DNA of 16,120 nucleotides from Phycisphaeraceae bacterium. Lineage in GTDB: Bacteria > Planctomycetota > Phycisphaerae > Phycisphaerales > Zrk34. Made by a program: the position numbers and the translations under genes. A model generated the notes under the pieces. It was not told where the DNA came from and did no database searches. It worked only from the letters and a program-made list of their open reading frames with translations. Within the stretch, counting starts at the first letter, position 1. Every line of letters starts with the position of its first letter. Below, in pieces: positions 13,990 to 16,120 of this stretch. The DNA lies in NCBI GenBank assembly GCA_040905565.1, contig JBBDRF010000080.1:1-16120 (forward strand), written 5' to 3'.

Positions 13990-15564
13990 ATGATCCAACC
14001 GATTCGGGTCAGCCTGGCGAACAAGTGCCAACTGCTGTTCGGGGCGGCGGTGGTGCTCATCCTCACCGCGGCGCTGGCGGTGGTATGGATGCGCATGCAT
14101 ACACTGGTCGAACTCGGGCCGCAGCAGCGGGCGGCGGACCTGGCGGATGTGTGGATGATGGACCAGATTCGGCTGGAGGATTCGCTCACGCCGGCGGGGC
14201 GGTCGCTGGCGCCGGAGGCGGAGCTGTCGCTTTCGCTGGTTGAGCGGAACGAATTTGCCCGCGTGGGCGAGCGCGACCCGTTTTTTCAGCAGGCGATCGA
14301 GCGATTCGAGCTTCGGCCAACGACGGAGGAATGGTTCGCCCCGGCGACGGATGCGGCAGGCGGCACGTACTATCGCTATGCCCGGGCGGTGCGCGAGCCC
14401 GAACCCGCAGCCGAGGGCGAGAACGCGGGCGACCGGCTGGCGCAGGTGCTCGTGATCCATCTGCGCGACCGCGATGCGCCGGCCCAGCAGATGGTCAACC
14501 GCATCTACACCATCGCGGCGGGCACGTTCGCGGGCCTGCTGGCGGTGGGGGTGTTCTGGTTCATCACCACCCGGCTGATCCTCTCGCCCGTCCGCCTGCT
14601 GCGCGACGTGACGCGCAAGGTGGCCGACGGCGACCTGAACCTGCGCTCCGACATCAACACCGGCGACGAGTTTGAAGAGCTGTCCGATGCGTTCAACACC
14701 ATGCTCGAACACCTCAACGAGCAGCAGGAGCAGCTCCGCTCGGTGAACAAAAGCCTGGACCTGAAACTGGGTGAACTGGCGGAGAGCAACGTCGCCCTCT
14801 ACGAAGCGAACAAGGTCAAGGGCGAGTTTCTGGCGAACGTGTCGCACGAACTGCGCACGCCGCTGAACTCGATGATCGGCTTCGCCGAGGTGCTGCAGGA
14901 AACGCTGGCCGACCGCACCGGCCCGATGGACGAAAAGCGCAAGCGGTACGTGCAGCACATCATCACCGCCAGCCGGCGCCTGCTGGAGCTGATCAACGAC
15001 CTGCTCGACCTGGCCAAGATCGAGGCGGGGCGGGCGGAGTTGAACATCGCCCCCGTCAGCCTCGGGGATACCTGTGAGGGGCTGATCAATCTCATGCGGC
15101 CGCAATCGAGCAAGCGGAACGTGCTGCTGCGGCAGAAGATCGAGCCCAACCTGCCACTGGTGCACACCGACGCGGGCAAGCTGCAGCAGATCCTGTTCAA
15201 CTTCCTGGCCAATGCCGTGAAGTTCACGCCACCCGGTGGCGTGGTGACGCTGTCGGTGAAGCACATTCCACCGCCGCGCGATGGCGCCGCGGCCTATATG
15301 CGTCTGAGCGTCAGTGACACGGGGCCCGGCATCGGGCCGGAGGACCAGGAGCGCATCTTCGATAAGTTCACCCAGCTCGATCCGTCGGTGACGCGCGAGG
15401 GCGGCGGCACGGGGCTGGGACTGACCATCAGTCGTGAGCTATCCGAACTGCTGCACGGCCGCATCGAAGTCGACAGCGACGTCGGCCAGGGCGCGACGTT
15501 CAGCCTCACGATTCCCGTCACATTTGAAAAACGCAACGCGTCGCTGATGCCCGAGATGGCGTAG
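13990..15564 (+). CDS. Membrane sensor histidine kinase (TM-extracytoplasmic-TM-HAMP-HisKA-HATPase_c)
   Basis: Two hydrophobic segments; HAMP (SPVRLL...GDL...DEFEELSDAFNTM); H-box SHELRTPLN, N-box NFLANAVKFT, G1 DTGPGI, F-box IFDKF, G2 GGTGLGL. Confidence 0.93.
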   Translation: MIQPIRVSLANKCQLLFGAAVVLILTAALAVVWMRMHTLVELGPQQRAADLADVWMMDQIRLEDSLTPAGRSLAPEAELSLSLVERNEFARVGERDPFFQQAIERFELRPTTEEWFAPATDAAGGTYYRYARAVREPEPAAEGENAGDRLAQVLVIHLRDRDAPAQQMVNRIYTIAAGTFAGLLAVGVFWFITTRLILSPVRLLRDVTRKVADGDLNLRSDINTGDEFEELSDAFNTMLEHLNEQQEQLRSVNKSLDLKLGELAESNVALYEANKVKGEFLANVSHELRTPLNSMIGFAEVLQETLADRTGPMDEKRKRYVQHIITASRRLLELINDLLDLAKIEAGRAELNIAPVSLGDTCEGLINLMRPQSSKRNVLLRQKIEPNLPLVHTDAGKLQQILFNFLANAVKFTPPGGVVTLSVKHIPPPRDGAAAYMRLSVSDTGPGIGPEDQERIFDKFTQLDPSVTREGGGTGLGLTISRELSELLHGRIEVDSDVGQGATFSLTIPVTFEKRNASLMPEMA

Positions 15565-15589
15565 CCAAGACGCAATGCCGATGATCGTC

Positions 15590-15685
15590 GGCACCTCATT
15601 TAGCCGCGGGCCTTGGCCCGCGCGTTCGGCGATGCCACGCGGGGCCGAGAAGGCGGTGCAAGCACCGCCGCTAAATTGTGGTGCC
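15590..15685. repeat. Second REPIN-like element: inverted TTTAGC-hairpin pair
   Basis: Plus strand TTTAGC-CGCGGGCC-TT-GGCCCGCG (15599-15622); minus strand TTTAGC-GGCGGTGC-TT-GCACCGCC (15675-15652); outer GGCACC/GGTGCC inverted repeat. Confidence 0.7.
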
Positions 15686-15704
15686 TCGCACCGTGGCTGG
15701 ACGC

Positions 15705-15738
15705 AAAAAGGGCGTCGGTGCTGAACACCGACGCCCTT
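15705..15738 (-). terminator. Rho-independent terminator of rpsA
   Basis: 11-bp stem GGGCGTCGGTG/CACCGACGCCC with a 5-nt loop, followed on the minus strand by TTTTT; lies about 30 nt after the rpsA stop. Confidence 0.85.
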
Positions 15739-15767
15739 GGTCTTCAATCAGGTTGTGGGGAACGCAA

Positions 15768-16120
15768 TCAGTCGCCGGTGGGCTTGGCGCCGCCCTGGCC
15801 GAAGGTGATCTTGTCCGTGCCCAGTGCGCCGCCGTCGCCGAGGCCGCCGAGGCCGCCACCGCCGCCGGCAGGGGACTTCTTGGCTTCGGATTTGGCGACC
15901 GCTTCTTCCTGGTCGGCCGTCCACTGGGCTCGCTTGAGCGAGAGGCCGATCTTGCGATCGTCCACGTCGACGCGGAGGATCTTGACTTCCAGCTCCTGGT
16001 CGACCTTCACCACCTCCTGCGGGTTCTCGACCTTGTGGTCGGCCAGTTCGGAGATGTGCAGCAGACCTTCGAGGTCTTCTTCGAGCTCGACGAAGACGCC
16101 GAAGTTGGTGATCTTGGTCA
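15768..16120 (-). CDS. rpsA: 30S ribosomal protein S1, C-terminal part (5' end outside window)
   Basis: Frame is open to the window end: TKITNFGVFVELEEDLEGLLHISELADHKVENPQEVVKVDQELEVKILRVDVDDRKIGLSLK (S1 repeat), then a Gly-rich tail and a strong terminator. Confidence 0.9.
   Translation of the reverse strand, partial: TKITNFGVFVELEEDLEGLLHISELADHKVENPQEVVKVDQELEVKILRVDVDDRKIGLSLKRAQWTADQEEAVAKSEAKKSPAGGGGGLGGLGDGGALGTDKITFGQGGAKPTGD

Noticed and set aside
13864..15264. 466-aa minus-strand ORF
   Set aside because: Antisense shadow of the histidine kinase.

Overview
High-GC bacterial chromosomal segment; the sequence style is consistent with Planctomycetota/Phycisphaerae, but this is an inference only. 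Gene order: 3' end of a NuoG-like gene (no nuoH follows); an ~8-kb accessory-looking block (erythromycin-esterase-family hydrolase, ku-ligD NHEJ operon, NAD-dependent epimerase, and a divergent pair of a QEGLA/DUF1704 HExxxH metallopeptidase and a stand-alone proteasome-beta-like Thr protease); a sugar-phosphate isomerase; ilvN; a divergent GT3-like glycogen-synthase-type glycosyltransferase; panD; a REP-associated HUH tyrosine transposase (RAYT) with four copies of a TCGG-hairpin REP, one inside its own coding sequence; an orphan HAMP histidine kinase; and the 3' end of rpsA. Intergenic regions carry several distinct palindromic or inverted tandem-repeat elements. Best leads: (i) the peptidase pair, which share GACTTTGAC exactly 21 nt upstream of both start codons and sit next to Ku/LigD; (ii) the non-canonical RAYT/REP system; (iii) a heptamer repeat translated as the glycosyltransferase N-terminus. 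All family calls come from motif recognition; no database search was run.
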